From Candidatus Nomurabacteria bacterium (GTDB lineage Bacteria; Patescibacteriota; Minisyncoccia; Phycocordibacterales; UBA918): a stretch of 64,000 bases of DNA. The notes under the pieces were generated by a model. It worked only from the letters and a program-made list of their open reading frames with translations. It was not told the origin of the DNA and ran no database searches. Positions 38,282-47,257 of the stretch are shown piece by piece (position 1 is the first letter of the stretch; every line of letters begins with the position of its first letter). The translations under genes were made by a program, and so were the position numbers. Location of the stretch: positions 85,079 to 149,078 of the forward strand of contig CP060227.1 of NCBI GenBank assembly GCA_023898525.1, read 5' to 3'.

Positions 38282-39340
38282 TTAAACTAAAGTTAGTATA
38301 ATCAAACCAAGTGCGGCACACATCATACCAATAATCCAGTAACGCATTGTTACCTTGTATGAAGGCCAACCAATCGCTTCAAAATGGTGATGTAAGGGAG
38401 CAATTCTGAAAAACTTTTTACCGGTAAACTTACGATAAGTCACCTGTATAACATTCGACAAGACTGTTACCACGAGCAAAAAACCGATGATCGGAAAGAG
38501 TGATATGCCGTATCCATCGACCAATTGATCAGTCATCAAGACCACTACCGCTAAAGTCAAAGTCAGAGCCATTGAGCCGGTTTCCGTCATCCAGAAGCGA
38601 GCCGGTGGTATATTAAACCAAAGAAAAGCTAAGATAGCACCGGTAACCATCGCACAAAAAGCTGCTAGGTCATATTGCGACTGCAATATAGCCACACCAG
38701 AGTAAGCAGAAAAGATGATAGCAAAAACTCCACCTGATAAACCATCGATACCATCAATTACTCCACTAGCATACAAAGCGTTTGTCAACAACACAAAAAA
38801 AGGAATTAGCAAGACCCCAACGTAGATTGGATCAAAAAATGGCAGACCGATAGTGGTTACACCCAGCTTGGCATAAAACCACCAACCAATAAACGCGGCT
38901 AATATACTGATAAACACTAGTCGTACCGATAGCCTAACCCCCTTCCCGCCGTGTTGAATATCATAAAAATCATTCAAAAAACCAATTGCTGCTCCAATAA
39001 ACAAAACCGTAAACGGTATCCATGTTTGTGAGCGACTTAGAAAAAATAGGTCTGAGAAAAATTTATCATCACTCATTAAGGTAAAGATAAACAACATTCC
39101 AATAGTGAGAAAGATACTCCCCCAGATCACTGTACCACCCATTCTTGGGGTCTTTGTCTCGTGATCACCCTTGAGACGATTGAATTCAACCGCTTCATGT
39201 CCTCCAAGCGCTGTCTTCCCTCCCTCTTTCTTCCAAGCCTTATGCTTATAGAGATAATGAGTGATTATTGGAGTTATCAGTATACCAATAGCGAAGGACA
39301 ACACAGCGGGAAATAGAATTTTTATAATAGTTATATCCAT
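38282..39340 (-). CDS. mraY: Phospho-N-acetylmuramoyl-pentapeptide transferase.
   Basis: GVIDGIDGLSGG and APLHHHFE motifs. Confidence 0.75.
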   Translation of the reverse strand: MDITIIKILFPAVLSFAIGILITPIITHYLYKHKAWKKEGGKTALGGHEAVEFNRLKGDHETKTPRMGGTVIWGSIFLTIGMLFIFTLMSDDKFFSDLFFLSRSQTWIPFTVLFIGAAIGFLNDFYDIQHGGKGVRLSVRLVFISILAAFIGWWFYAKLGVTTIGLPFFDPIYVGVLLIPFFVLLTNALYASGVIDGIDGLSGGVFAIIFSAYSGVAILQSQYDLAAFCAMVTGAILAFLWFNIPPARFWMTETGSMALTLTLAVVVLMTDQLVDGYGISLFPIIGFLLVVTVLSNVIQVTYRKFTGKKFFRIAPLHHHFEAIGWPSYKVTMRYWIIGMMCAALGLIILTLV

Positions 39341-39352
39341 ACTTGATCTAAT

Positions 39353-40372
39353 TTATTCTGACTTAACTACTGTTCCCTGCACAGCCTCAATCAACTTTTG
39401 CACATCACTGAACCGTTCGCTTATAGTTGAACCGAGTACTGTAATAACTACCGGATGAGCAAAACCAATATCTAGAGCCACGGTCAGATTACCGCCCGCC
39501 AAATCAGTGTACCCTGTTTTAGAACCAATTAAATTAGGAATTTCATCAACAATATTATTGGTGTTTTTAGCCTCATGATATTCACCAGCTAAATTATAAA
39601 TTTTTGCATGATCAGATATAGTTGGAGCTAATATAGCTGGGTAATTAGTCAGTATATACTCCATTAAAAAAGAAACATCACGAGCTGTCCCATAAGCCCC
39701 AGCCTCACCGGCTGAGAGATCAAGACCGGTTGGGTTTAAGTAGCTTAAATCCGTGAATCCAAGTTCTTTGGCTCGTAGATTCATAGCTGTTACAAATTGA
39801 GCCACAGCATCTCCATCACCTAGCTTAGCTCCAACCGAATTAGCTATAGCATAAGCCGCACTATTGTACGAGGACACTAAGGCAAAGTCGGCAAGATCAC
39901 GAATGTTGAACACCTCTCCTTCATTTAAATTCCCGCCACTTTCTTGGCTAGCAGCCACTGTACCCACCGTTACATACTCATCATCATCTAGTAGCTCATA
40001 GGCCAATAAAGCAGTCATTAATTTAGTAATAGAAGCCAGCGCTAGTTTTTCATCAGCATTTTTTTGATACAAGACTCGCTGCTCTTTAACATCCCAAACA
40101 AAAGCTGCTTGGGCCTGAATATCAACTACATCGATCTTTTGGAGCACCTTATTCTCCTGAGTTGGCGGAGTTAAGGTGGCCACATTCTTTATTGGCGGCA
40201 CTTCTTCGTGATTTAGAGCTGTCATTGTTTTCGGTATTATCACTCCGGCAAATATACCACCAAGGATCAGAAGCAATATCGACAGTTGAGCTACAACCGG
40301 AAAGCGTGTAGCGGGTTTCTCCTCAATCGGTTCAGGAGCGGTTTCAATCACAAACTTTTCTTCATCATTCAT
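39353..40372 (-). CDS. D-alanyl-D-alanine carboxypeptidase (S11, PBP5-like).
   Basis: SITK, SSYN and KTGYT motifs. Confidence 0.75.
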   Translation of the reverse strand: MNDEEKFVIETAPEPIEEKPATRFPVVAQLSILLLILGGIFAGVIIPKTMTALNHEEVPPIKNVATLTPPTQENKVLQKIDVVDIQAQAAFVWDVKEQRVLYQKNADEKLALASITKLMTALLAYELLDDDEYVTVGTVAASQESGGNLNEGEVFNIRDLADFALVSSYNSAAYAIANSVGAKLGDGDAVAQFVTAMNLRAKELGFTDLSYLNPTGLDLSAGEAGAYGTARDVSFLMEYILTNYPAILAPTISDHAKIYNLAGEYHEAKNTNNIVDEIPNLIGSKTGYTDLAGGNLTVALDIGFAHPVVITVLGSTISERFSDVQKLIEAVQGTVVKSE

Positions 40373-40908
40373 ACATCTTCTTTTATATAATCGGCGCTAA
40401 ACTTTTCCAAAGTATCAGCTATTTGCGCAAAATCTGGTAGCTCCTGCTTGCGGGTTACACCAAGTTCGGCCAGTAAGGCTGGGGAAATAACAAACTTTGT
40501 TTGATTTGATTTAACATCTTTCTCCTTCTCAATCAGACCGCGAATTAATAAGTTTCGTAAAATAAAGGATGAGTTAACACCGCGAATCCGGTCAATCTCT
40601 CCCCGACTAACCGGAGACTGATATAGAATAATAGCCAGAGTTTCGGCACCCGCTTTACCGATATCATTCTTCATTTCATTTTTACGTAGCTCTTCAATTA
40701 CCGGCGCCAACTCTGGCGCTGTCACCAACTGAATATCATGATCAGTCTCAATTACGCGTGTCGCTCCGGACTTAAGCCGTTCATGTAAAGTCATCATGGC
40801 CGTAGTAAAGTCCTCCTCGGAAATATCAAAAATCTTCATCACCGTCCGCTTTTTTTGGGGAGCCGATTTATAAAACAAAAAACCCTCGATTAGCACATCA
40901 ATTGGCAT
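40369..40908 (-). CDS. scpB: Segregation and condensation protein B.
   Basis: ILYQSPVSRGEIDRIRGVNSSFILRNLLIRGLI. Confidence 0.8.
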   Translation of the reverse strand: MPIDVLIEGFLFYKSAPQKKRTVMKIFDISEEDFTTAMMTLHERLKSGATRVIETDHDIQLVTAPELAPVIEELRKNEMKNDIGKAGAETLAIILYQSPVSRGEIDRIRGVNSSFILRNLLIRGLIEKEKDVKSNQTKFVISPALLAELGVTRKQELPDFAQIADTLEKFSADYIKEDV

Positions 40909-41056
40909 TTTGTGATTGTAACATATAAAAAATAAGGCACCTACCCGGCATATGTTATCTTTTTTACGCCAATATATTTGACGTACTGGAATGCTCGTGT
41001 TTTACTGGGAGAGATTAGCAGTACTTTGATTAACATAACGATACCGAGGTGAAAAT

Positions 41057-41689
41057 GTGAAAAAACTTTTAAACTTACTAGCATCAGGACAGGCTTTTAC
41101 ACTATTGTCTATAATATTTATAGCCCTTATTGTAGCAATCTACGTACACAGAACTGATCCAGTAGAACCTGCTATACTTACATTTATTTTCGCAACTCTC
41201 CTTGTAGCTATTGGGTATTCAGTTGGATATTATTCACCGAATAAACAATATAACACGTACGGCAGAAGCCTAAGTGGTGATGTTAAAGTGGTAAGCGAAA
41301 GTGGAAACTGGTCTGATTTTAACAGGATAACCAAATGGGGTGTTGAGAAATTAGATGGTGAATTTTGGCACTATGTTTATATCGCTGAAATTACACCTAA
41401 AATCAATGAGTGCGATAGAAATACTACGACCTTAGACCATTTTTGCATAGAAGTCAGGGATAGTTTTTCTAAGCAGGATATATTATCTGGGAACACTAGA
41501 ACTCACGGTTATAATTCCAGTAATTTCTTTATAGATGACGACACACCTTTGGGGAGATTGATGGTTTTTTGTGGTAATCTAATCAGATACGAATTCATCT
41601 GCAGAAAACCTCCTGAGCCAGGAATGGTTTATATGAAAACCCTTGATGGAAAGACCATAACCGGACAGGTATTAGTACCAGGAAAATAG
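41057..41689 (+). CDS. Hypothetical membrane-anchored protein inserted between scpB and scpA on the opposite strand.
   Basis: Two TM helices; terminator hairpin at 41710..41743. Confidence 0.5.
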   Translation: MKKLLNLLASGQAFTLLSIIFIALIVAIYVHRTDPVEPAILTFIFATLLVAIGYSVGYYSPNKQYNTYGRSLSGDVKVVSESGNWSDFNRITKWGVEKLDGEFWHYVYIAEITPKINECDRNTTTLDHFCIEVRDSFSKQDILSGNTRTHGYNSSNFFIDDDTPLGRLMVFCGNLIRYEFICRKPPEPGMVYMKTLDGKTITGQVLVPGK

Positions 41690-41709
41690 TTCCGACAAAT
41701 GGATAACAA

Positions 41710-41743
41710 CCGACTGATGTCAGAGACATCAGTCGGCTTTTTT
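41710..41743. terminator. Bidirectional terminator.
   Basis: CCGACTGATGTC-AGAG-ACATCAGTCGG followed by CTTTTTT. Confidence 0.7.
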
Positions 41744-42482
41744 AGTAATAAGTTGGGGTTTGGCTTTTATCCAACTCTATCTCAATATCATCATAGCGGC
41801 GACTCTGAGTAATAATCAGATTACCCTGTTTGAATAACTCCAAAACAGCCAAAAAACTGACAATCACCATCTTTTTCTCCGGTTCATTGGCACTAAGATC
41901 AGAAAAACGTAAGTAGGAACTACGCTTAATCCTGGCTTCTAGATTTTGCATCATTTGCTCCAGGCTAATCACTGTCTTGATTTGCGCCTTGGCCGGAGAC
42001 TCTTTCTTGGGCAGACCGTTTATCGCATCAATCATAGCTTGGTGAAGCTGTGATAGCTGACAGTACTTGTCCGGTAAAAATAACGGAGTGGCTGGCGCCG
42101 TAAACTTAGGCCCATAGAGACGATTTTTACCAAAAATGTTTTGTAGAGAGACAGCCGCATCACGAATAACCTGATACCGTTTCAATCTTTCCTCCAAGTC
42201 CTCAATCGAAGATTCTTCTTCCTCAGTCAGCTCTAGCACCGGCAGAAGTGACTTGGACTTTACTAGGAGTAAGGTAGCAGCTAGGGATATAAACTGCGCT
42301 GTGTTGGGCAAGGACATCTCTTGCATCTCACTCACGTGACGCATATATTCGTCAGTCACTGCAGCCAGAGAGATATCGTTGATAAGCAACTTACGCTTTT
42401 CTACCAAATCTAACAGCAGTTCCAACGGTCCTTCGAAAACGTCGGTTTTGATGGAAAAGTTTGATGTGGCGAGCGGTTGCAT
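41742..42482 (-). CDS. scpA: Segregation and condensation protein A.
   Basis: FEGPLELLLDLVEKRKLLINDISLAAVTDEY. Confidence 0.8.
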   Translation of the reverse strand: MQPLATSNFSIKTDVFEGPLELLLDLVEKRKLLINDISLAAVTDEYMRHVSEMQEMSLPNTAQFISLAATLLLVKSKSLLPVLELTEEEESSIEDLEERLKRYQVIRDAAVSLQNIFGKNRLYGPKFTAPATPLFLPDKYCQLSQLHQAMIDAINGLPKKESPAKAQIKTVISLEQMMQNLEARIKRSSYLRFSDLSANEPEKKMVIVSFLAVLELFKQGNLIITQSRRYDDIEIELDKSQTPTYY

Positions 42483-42617
42483 GGTTATAATAATATTAGC
42501 ATATGGAAAGCGGGAAAAGTAAGGCGCCGCCGACTACGTCGGCGGCGCCTTACTTTTCCCGTCTCCTAAAGAGAGAAATATACGAAACGAGCGCAGATAG
42601 CTTCTTTTGAGTGAAGC

Positions 42618-44051
42618 TTAGTAGCTCTCCAAAAACTTTACCAGCAGACGTACCGGCTCGCCAGTCGCACCTTTAGCCAGCTTATCACTGGGGATACTTT
42701 CCATTCGTGGTGCAATATCAATATGTGCCCATGGCACATTCTTAGGTGCAAAGAATGACAAAAACGTCGCACCTTCAATCGTGCCACCAAAACGGGAAAA
42801 GTTAGCAGCAATGTTACTTACATCTGCACGACTGCTTTTGATGTGCTGCTTGTACTCATCCCACAACGGTAGCGGCCAGACTAGATCTCCACTTTCCTCA
42901 CCAAAATCACGCAACTTCCGCTCTAACTCCTCATCCTTGGTCATAATCGCACTAGCGTGTTGACCAAGTGCCACCAAAGCCGCGCCTGTTAAGGTCGCTA
43001 CATCGAGGATAACTCGCGGATTGTAGCGCTCTGAGTACGTCAATCCATCCGCCAACACCATTCGCCCCTCCGCATCAGTGTGAAGGACTTCTATCGTCTT
43101 TCCGTTCATGGCGGTCACTATATCTCCGGCCCGCATCGCATCATCAGAGACTGAGTTTTCAGCCGCTGGTACAATCGCTACTATATTTTTCTTAAGGCCG
43201 AGTTTGGCAGCACAAGCGATTGCCGCCAACACAGTTGATCCACCGGTCATGTCCATATGCATATCATGCATCCCGCCTGATGGCTTTACATTAAGCCCAC
43301 CAGTATCATAAGTGATCCCCTTACCCACCAAAACAGCCGGTTGTTTATCCTTTTCCACCTTCTTACCTGACACCTTACCAGCTCCCCAGTACTCAGCCAC
43401 AATCAGCTTAGTTTCACTCTTTGTCCCTTGCCCTACCGCCAGTAGAGAACCCATCTTGAGCTTCTTAAGTTCTTTTTCTCCAAGTACCTTTACTATAAGC
43501 TTAGTACCTTTAGCCAGCTGCTTAGCTGCTTCACCTAAATGAGTCGGGGTCATGTCACAGGCTGGAGTATTAGTAATCTCGCGCGCCTTGTTTACATACT
43601 CACCCACTACTAAACCTCGTGCCAAACCAGTCTTAGCAGCAGTGGTATCAAGACCAGAGATAACTACTTCCTTCAATGCTCTTTTGCTTTTACTCTTAGT
43701 CTTATAGGTGTGAAATTCATAATCCGCCAACAAAATGTTTTCGGCCAGAGTTGACGCTAACCAATCATCCCCAAGTACTTGGAGCTCCGAAAACGATTTC
43801 AGTATAGAAAAGTCTATTGTTAAATATTCAACCTGATGAGACTTAGCCCCTCGAACAATAGACCGAACTAGTGTCCTGTAAGTACGTGGTGTTACCTTGC
43901 CAAATTTCCCTACTCCCATTCTATATTCAAGTATTCCACTAGAAGTCTCAACCAAACGCTGATAAGTGACTGATTCTTCAGTTAAAACTAGACATACATA
44001 TTTTTCTGGTAATTCTTTTAAACCTTCTTTCGCAATGGTGACATTTAACAT
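42618..44051 (-). CDS. pepA: Leucyl aminopeptidase (M17).
   Basis: NTDAEGRMVLADGL and GKGITYDTGG. Confidence 0.85.
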   Translation of the reverse strand: MLNVTIAKEGLKELPEKYVCLVLTEESVTYQRLVETSSGILEYRMGVGKFGKVTPRTYRTLVRSIVRGAKSHQVEYLTIDFSILKSFSELQVLGDDWLASTLAENILLADYEFHTYKTKSKSKRALKEVVISGLDTTAAKTGLARGLVVGEYVNKAREITNTPACDMTPTHLGEAAKQLAKGTKLIVKVLGEKELKKLKMGSLLAVGQGTKSETKLIVAEYWGAGKVSGKKVEKDKQPAVLVGKGITYDTGGLNVKPSGGMHDMHMDMTGGSTVLAAIACAAKLGLKKNIVAIVPAAENSVSDDAMRAGDIVTAMNGKTIEVLHTDAEGRMVLADGLTYSERYNPRVILDVATLTGAALVALGQHASAIMTKDEELERKLRDFGEESGDLVWPLPLWDEYKQHIKSSRADVSNIAANFSRFGGTIEGATFLSFFAPKNVPWAHIDIAPRMESIPSDKLAKGATGEPVRLLVKFLESY

Positions 44052-44113
44052 ATGAATAACAGTATATTTTATTTATAGTATCAATTCAAATTATGCTAGT
44101 TTTTTACAATATG

Positions 44114-44246
44114 GGCACCTGTGCTGACTAAAATCAAGTAAAATAAAGAAAATAACGGAGGTATCACCTTAAAGAGTATCGGTGAGCGACAACAAAAAGG
44201 TCGTTCCTCGGTTATTTTCTAAAGAAATTAATTAGCACAGGTGCCT
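44114..44246. repeat. ~133-bp imperfect palindromic element. The arms GGCACCTGTGCTGACTAAAATCAAG...ATAACGGAGG and CCTCGGTTATT...TTAGCACAGGTGCC enclose smaller nested inverted repeats.
   Basis: Read directly; the outer arms are reverse complements. A third, unpaired copy lies at 47200..47246. Confidence 0.55.
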
Positions 44247-44583
44247 GTGAGATTAATTGACATCATGACAAGATAGTTTATTAACAGTTTTTATCATTTA
44301 CTTATAAAATATACAGGTGTACTATTTATAAGGGTTAAGAACTAACAACTTACAGAACTCTCCTAAAATAACGATGAATGACGAGGCCCTTTATCAGCGC
44401 TGTCCAATAGCGCTGATTTTTTATTTTTGTGAAATTTGACATTTATTAAATATGTTTTATACACAGGTTTGTCTAGTGACAAATTAAACTAAACTGCTAT
44501 ACTCACCAGTGGCCCGCTCTTTTGTATTTTTTGTTTTTGAGCGCGCCTGATTTTAAATTTGTTAAATTTAAGGAGATTCTCAA

Positions 44584-44730
44584 ATGGATCAAGCACAGCA
44601 AAGTACAGGACAACAAACCGGCCAAACACCAATCGTGAAAAAAGATGGTGACCAGGATCAAACGCAAATTGAGACAAGTGGTCGTGGTGAAGACAGCACA
44701 GGTTCTGTACGCAGCAAAAAGCTGCAGTAA
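44584..44730 (+). CDS. Small hydrophilic protein, 48 aa.
   Basis: AAGGAG sits 7 nt upstream of the ATG. A promoter-like TTGACA-16-TATACA lies at ~44432. Translation: MDQAQQSTGQQTGQTPIVKKDGDQDQTQIETSGRGEDSTGSVRSKKLQ. A terminator follows at 44810. Confidence 0.4.
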   Translation: MDQAQQSTGQQTGQTPIVKKDGDQDQTQIETSGRGEDSTGSVRSKKLQ

Positions 44731-44809
44731 CCTCCGCCTTTGTTGAAAGGACGAACCCAAAAGACCCAGCAATACTTTATGTATTCGCTGGGCATTTTAT
44801 TTATATTAG

Positions 44810-44845
44810 AAAACGCCGTCAGCTAGTCTAGACGGCGTTTTTATT
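44810..44845. terminator. Bidirectional terminator between the small ORF and aspS.
   Basis: AAAACGCCGTC-AGCTAGTCTA-GACGGCGTTTTT. Confidence 0.7.
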
Positions 44846-44862
44846 TACATAAACATCCCTTA

Positions 44863-46254
44863 CTATTTCTTCTTATCTACACTGATTCCTAGCTCTAGCA
44901 GTTGCTCTATCTCGAGTGACTTGGGTCCGTTCATTACAGCCGTTTGTCCTTTGCGGGTCATTGGAAAGGCTTGTACCTCACGCAGGGCTTCCTCACCGGT
45001 CAGGTTCATAACATTTCGTTCGACCCCAAGAGCGATTCCACCATGTGGCGGTGTACCATACTTAAAGGCTTCAAGCATGTGTCCAACCTTATCTTGCATT
45101 TCCTCTTCGCTGTTACCCATTATCTTGTAGACCGCCTCTAGTATCTCTGGCTTATGAGCCCTGATACTACCTCCGCCAGCTTCGTATCCGTTACACACCA
45201 AGTCGTACTGTGTGGTGAGTATCTTATCTATGTTTTCACCTTTAAGTAGCCACTCTAGATGCTCAGCTTTTGGCATCGAGAATGGGTTGTGTGAGAAGGT
45301 CCAAGTACCTTTGTCGGTCTTTTCAAAAAAAGGAAAATCAACCACCCAAGCATAAGCGAGAACACCGTTTTTCTTATCTTCTTCAGTTCTAAGATCAAAC
45401 TTATCATCACCATATTTTTCTATCGAGTCAGCGTAGGTCACGACCGGGAAAGGCTTATGCTTTATGGTGTAGCCCATTGACTCCACTACAGAAGTAATCA
45501 TGTCTTCGATTGTCCTCATCACATCATTTCGCTCTACAAACGACATCTCAACATCAATCTGAGTATGCTCATAGCCTCGGTCAGCTCGCAAATCTTCATC
45601 TCGAATCGCGCGCGCAATCTGCACATACCGCTCAAACCCGGCCGTCATCAACATTTGCTTATATTGTTGTGGTGACTGCGGTAGGGCGTAGAATTGCCCT
45701 GGATTATGACGACTTGGCACCACAAAGTCTCGCGATCCTTCCGGAGTTGACTCAGTCAATATCGGCGTTTCAATCTCCACAAAATCCTGATCCATAAGGA
45801 AGTTGCGACAGCGACGCACGAACTCGCTACGAATTCTGATATTCTTTTGCATACGCTCGGTACGCAAGTCTAGATAGCGATACTTCAATCGTACCTCTTC
45901 ATCTTTATTAATAGAATCTTCACCCAGATCAAACGGTGGCGTATCAGACTCGGCCAAGACATCAATGCCAGTAATCTCAAGTTCAATGTCACCATTTTGT
46001 ACCCCCTCTTTAACCATCTTTTCAGGCCGCTTATTTACTTTTCCAGTCACAGCTACCACATATTCTGACTTTAGTTCTTTAGCTATTTCTAGTACTTCTG
46101 GCTTACCAAAAACCACCCCTTGCACTTTGCCGCTACGATCACGAAAATCAAAGAAAGCCATCTTCCCTTGCAAGCGAGCCACATCAACCCACCCCTTAAT
46201 CGTTACCTCTTTGTCTATATGTTCACTAAGTGAACCAATGAGAATTCTTTCCAT
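44863..46254 (-). CDS. aspS: Aspartate--tRNA ligase, short archaeal/eukaryal type (no GAD insertion).
   Basis: Class II motifs: FRDE-like RAIRDEDLRADR, GGGSIR, and PPHGGIALGVER near the C-terminus. ~460 aa, too short for a bacterial-type AspRS. Confidence 0.7.
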   Translation of the reverse strand: MERILIGSLSEHIDKEVTIKGWVDVARLQGKMAFFDFRDRSGKVQGVVFGKPEVLEIAKELKSEYVVAVTGKVNKRPEKMVKEGVQNGDIELEITGIDVLAESDTPPFDLGEDSINKDEEVRLKYRYLDLRTERMQKNIRIRSEFVRRCRNFLMDQDFVEIETPILTESTPEGSRDFVVPSRHNPGQFYALPQSPQQYKQMLMTAGFERYVQIARAIRDEDLRADRGYEHTQIDVEMSFVERNDVMRTIEDMITSVVESMGYTIKHKPFPVVTYADSIEKYGDDKFDLRTEEDKKNGVLAYAWVVDFPFFEKTDKGTWTFSHNPFSMPKAEHLEWLLKGENIDKILTTQYDLVCNGYEAGGGSIRAHKPEILEAVYKIMGNSEEEMQDKVGHMLEAFKYGTPPHGGIALGVERNVMNLTGEEALREVQAFPMTRKGQTAVMNGPKSLEIEQLLELGISVDKKK

Positions 46255-46283
46255 AATAATTTACTTGAAGCTAGGAACAGAAA

Positions 46284-46520
46284 ACCGCCCCTATTACTTA
46301 TTATTTACAATTTATAAATAATATAGGGGCGGTTTCTTTAAACCGCGGTGCCACCCTATTTCCTAGTTATCACCTCTGACAACTAGGCACTTAAGTGATA
46401 CGCGTGTCGAGCGTTAGACGGAGGGTTCTACTTGGAGTTTTAAGGAGCGCGCGAAGCGCGCTCCTTAAACCCCGTTCTTCCCTCACCTCAGCGGTAGTCA
46501 GCCGCTTCATTGGCTTATTC
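46284..46520 (-). ncRNA. T-box riboswitch leader upstream of aspS. Specifier GAC (Asp) sits in a short Stem I loop; the antiterminator bulge is UGGCACC; a terminator hairpin follows.
   Basis: Minus strand AAATAGGGTGGCACCGCGGTTTAAAGAAACCGCCCCTATATT matches the T-box consensus AANNNGGGUGGNACCGCG. The antiterminator helices AAATAGGG/CCCTATATT flank that bulge. The terminator is GAAACCGCCCCTAT...ATAGGGGCGGTTTTC followed by a U-tract. The Stem I hairpin AAGCGG-CUGACUA-CCGCU (46490..46506) carries GAC. A long GC stem with a UUCG loop (46441..46468) is also present. A promoter TAGCAA-17-TATATT lies at ~46525..46555. Confidence 0.7.
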
Positions 46521-46573
46521 ATAATATATAACAAATGATACCATTTTGCTACCTTTTTAATTGATAAAAGTTA

Positions 46574-46605
46574 GAGCCTGTGATTTTGTCACAGGCTCTA
46601 AAAAA
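46574..46605 (-). terminator. Terminator of the 46606..47097 gene.
   Basis: AGAGCCTGTGA-CAAAA-TCACAGGCTCT immediately after the TAA stop, followed by a U-rich tract. Confidence 0.65.
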
Positions 46606-47097
46606 TTAGGCAGGTAAGGTCTCAACTTCCGCGTTTACCTTGGGAAATAGTTTCAACAGCCGCTCCAACACTCCAGATAGACTTGAAGGAATTTCGGTTT
46701 TTATGAACCAGGTAATTTTGACATTTTGACTCGGTAAAATTTCTTTTTGACTATCAATCGAGGCAAGAACACTCACCAAAAGAAGTAAGTTGATTGGAGC
46801 AACAGCATTATATGGCAGTTCAATAGGTTGACCACATATTTCTATAGGTAGTTTACTGAATTCTTCTACAATCTGATCTGGCACATTAATCCCCCCTACT
46901 TGATGCAAAATGTAATTAGACAAGGCTTTTAGGTCCTGAAATTCAGTTGCCACAGCCTCCACAGTTGACTCCACCTCTATGTTTGATTCATGACTAAAGT
47001 ACCACAACATTACTTTCGGATTTTTTTTAACAAATTCTCTCAGTTTATTAAAATCAAAAGAACCTGTACATAGTAATATACTTTGACAATCAGTCAT
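46606..47097 (-). CDS. Hypothetical protein, 163 aa.
   Basis: ORF with its own promoter (TTGACT-16-TATAAA at ~47140..47170 on the minus strand) and terminator. Confidence 0.5.
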   Translation of the reverse strand: MTDCQSILLCTGSFDFNKLREFVKKNPKVMLWYFSHESNIEVESTVEAVATEFQDLKALSNYILHQVGGINVPDQIVEEFSKLPIEICGQPIELPYNAVAPINLLLLVSVLASIDSQKEILPSQNVKITWFIKTEIPSSLSGVLERLLKLFPKVNAEVETLPA

Positions 47098-47199
47098 TTT
47101 GCCTCCCCATTCTATGTTTAATCGGAAAAAGAACAGATTTTAAAGTTTTGCTGATAAGTTTATACTGTATTTTAAAAAATAGTCAACCAAAAGCTGTTT

Positions 47200-47246
47200 G
47201 GTACCTGTGCTAATTAAAATCAAGTAATACAAAGGAGATAACGGAG
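47200..47246. repeat. Third copy of the GGYACCTGTGCT...ATAACGGAG repeat, placed just upstream of the -35 of the 46606 gene promoter and next to the trpS terminator.
   Basis: GGTACCTGTGCTAATTAAAATCAAGTAATACAAAGGAGATAACGGAG is ~83% identical to 44114..44161. Confidence 0.55.
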
Positions 47247-47257
47247 ATGCGACCTGT

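Noticed and set aside
46300-46520. The GC-rich structured segment considered as tmRNA, RNase P or SRP RNA.
   Set aside because: No tRNA-like T-arm, no GGAAAGUCCGG P4 motif and no SRP domain IV motif. The T-box consensus plus terminator/antiterminator explains it fully.
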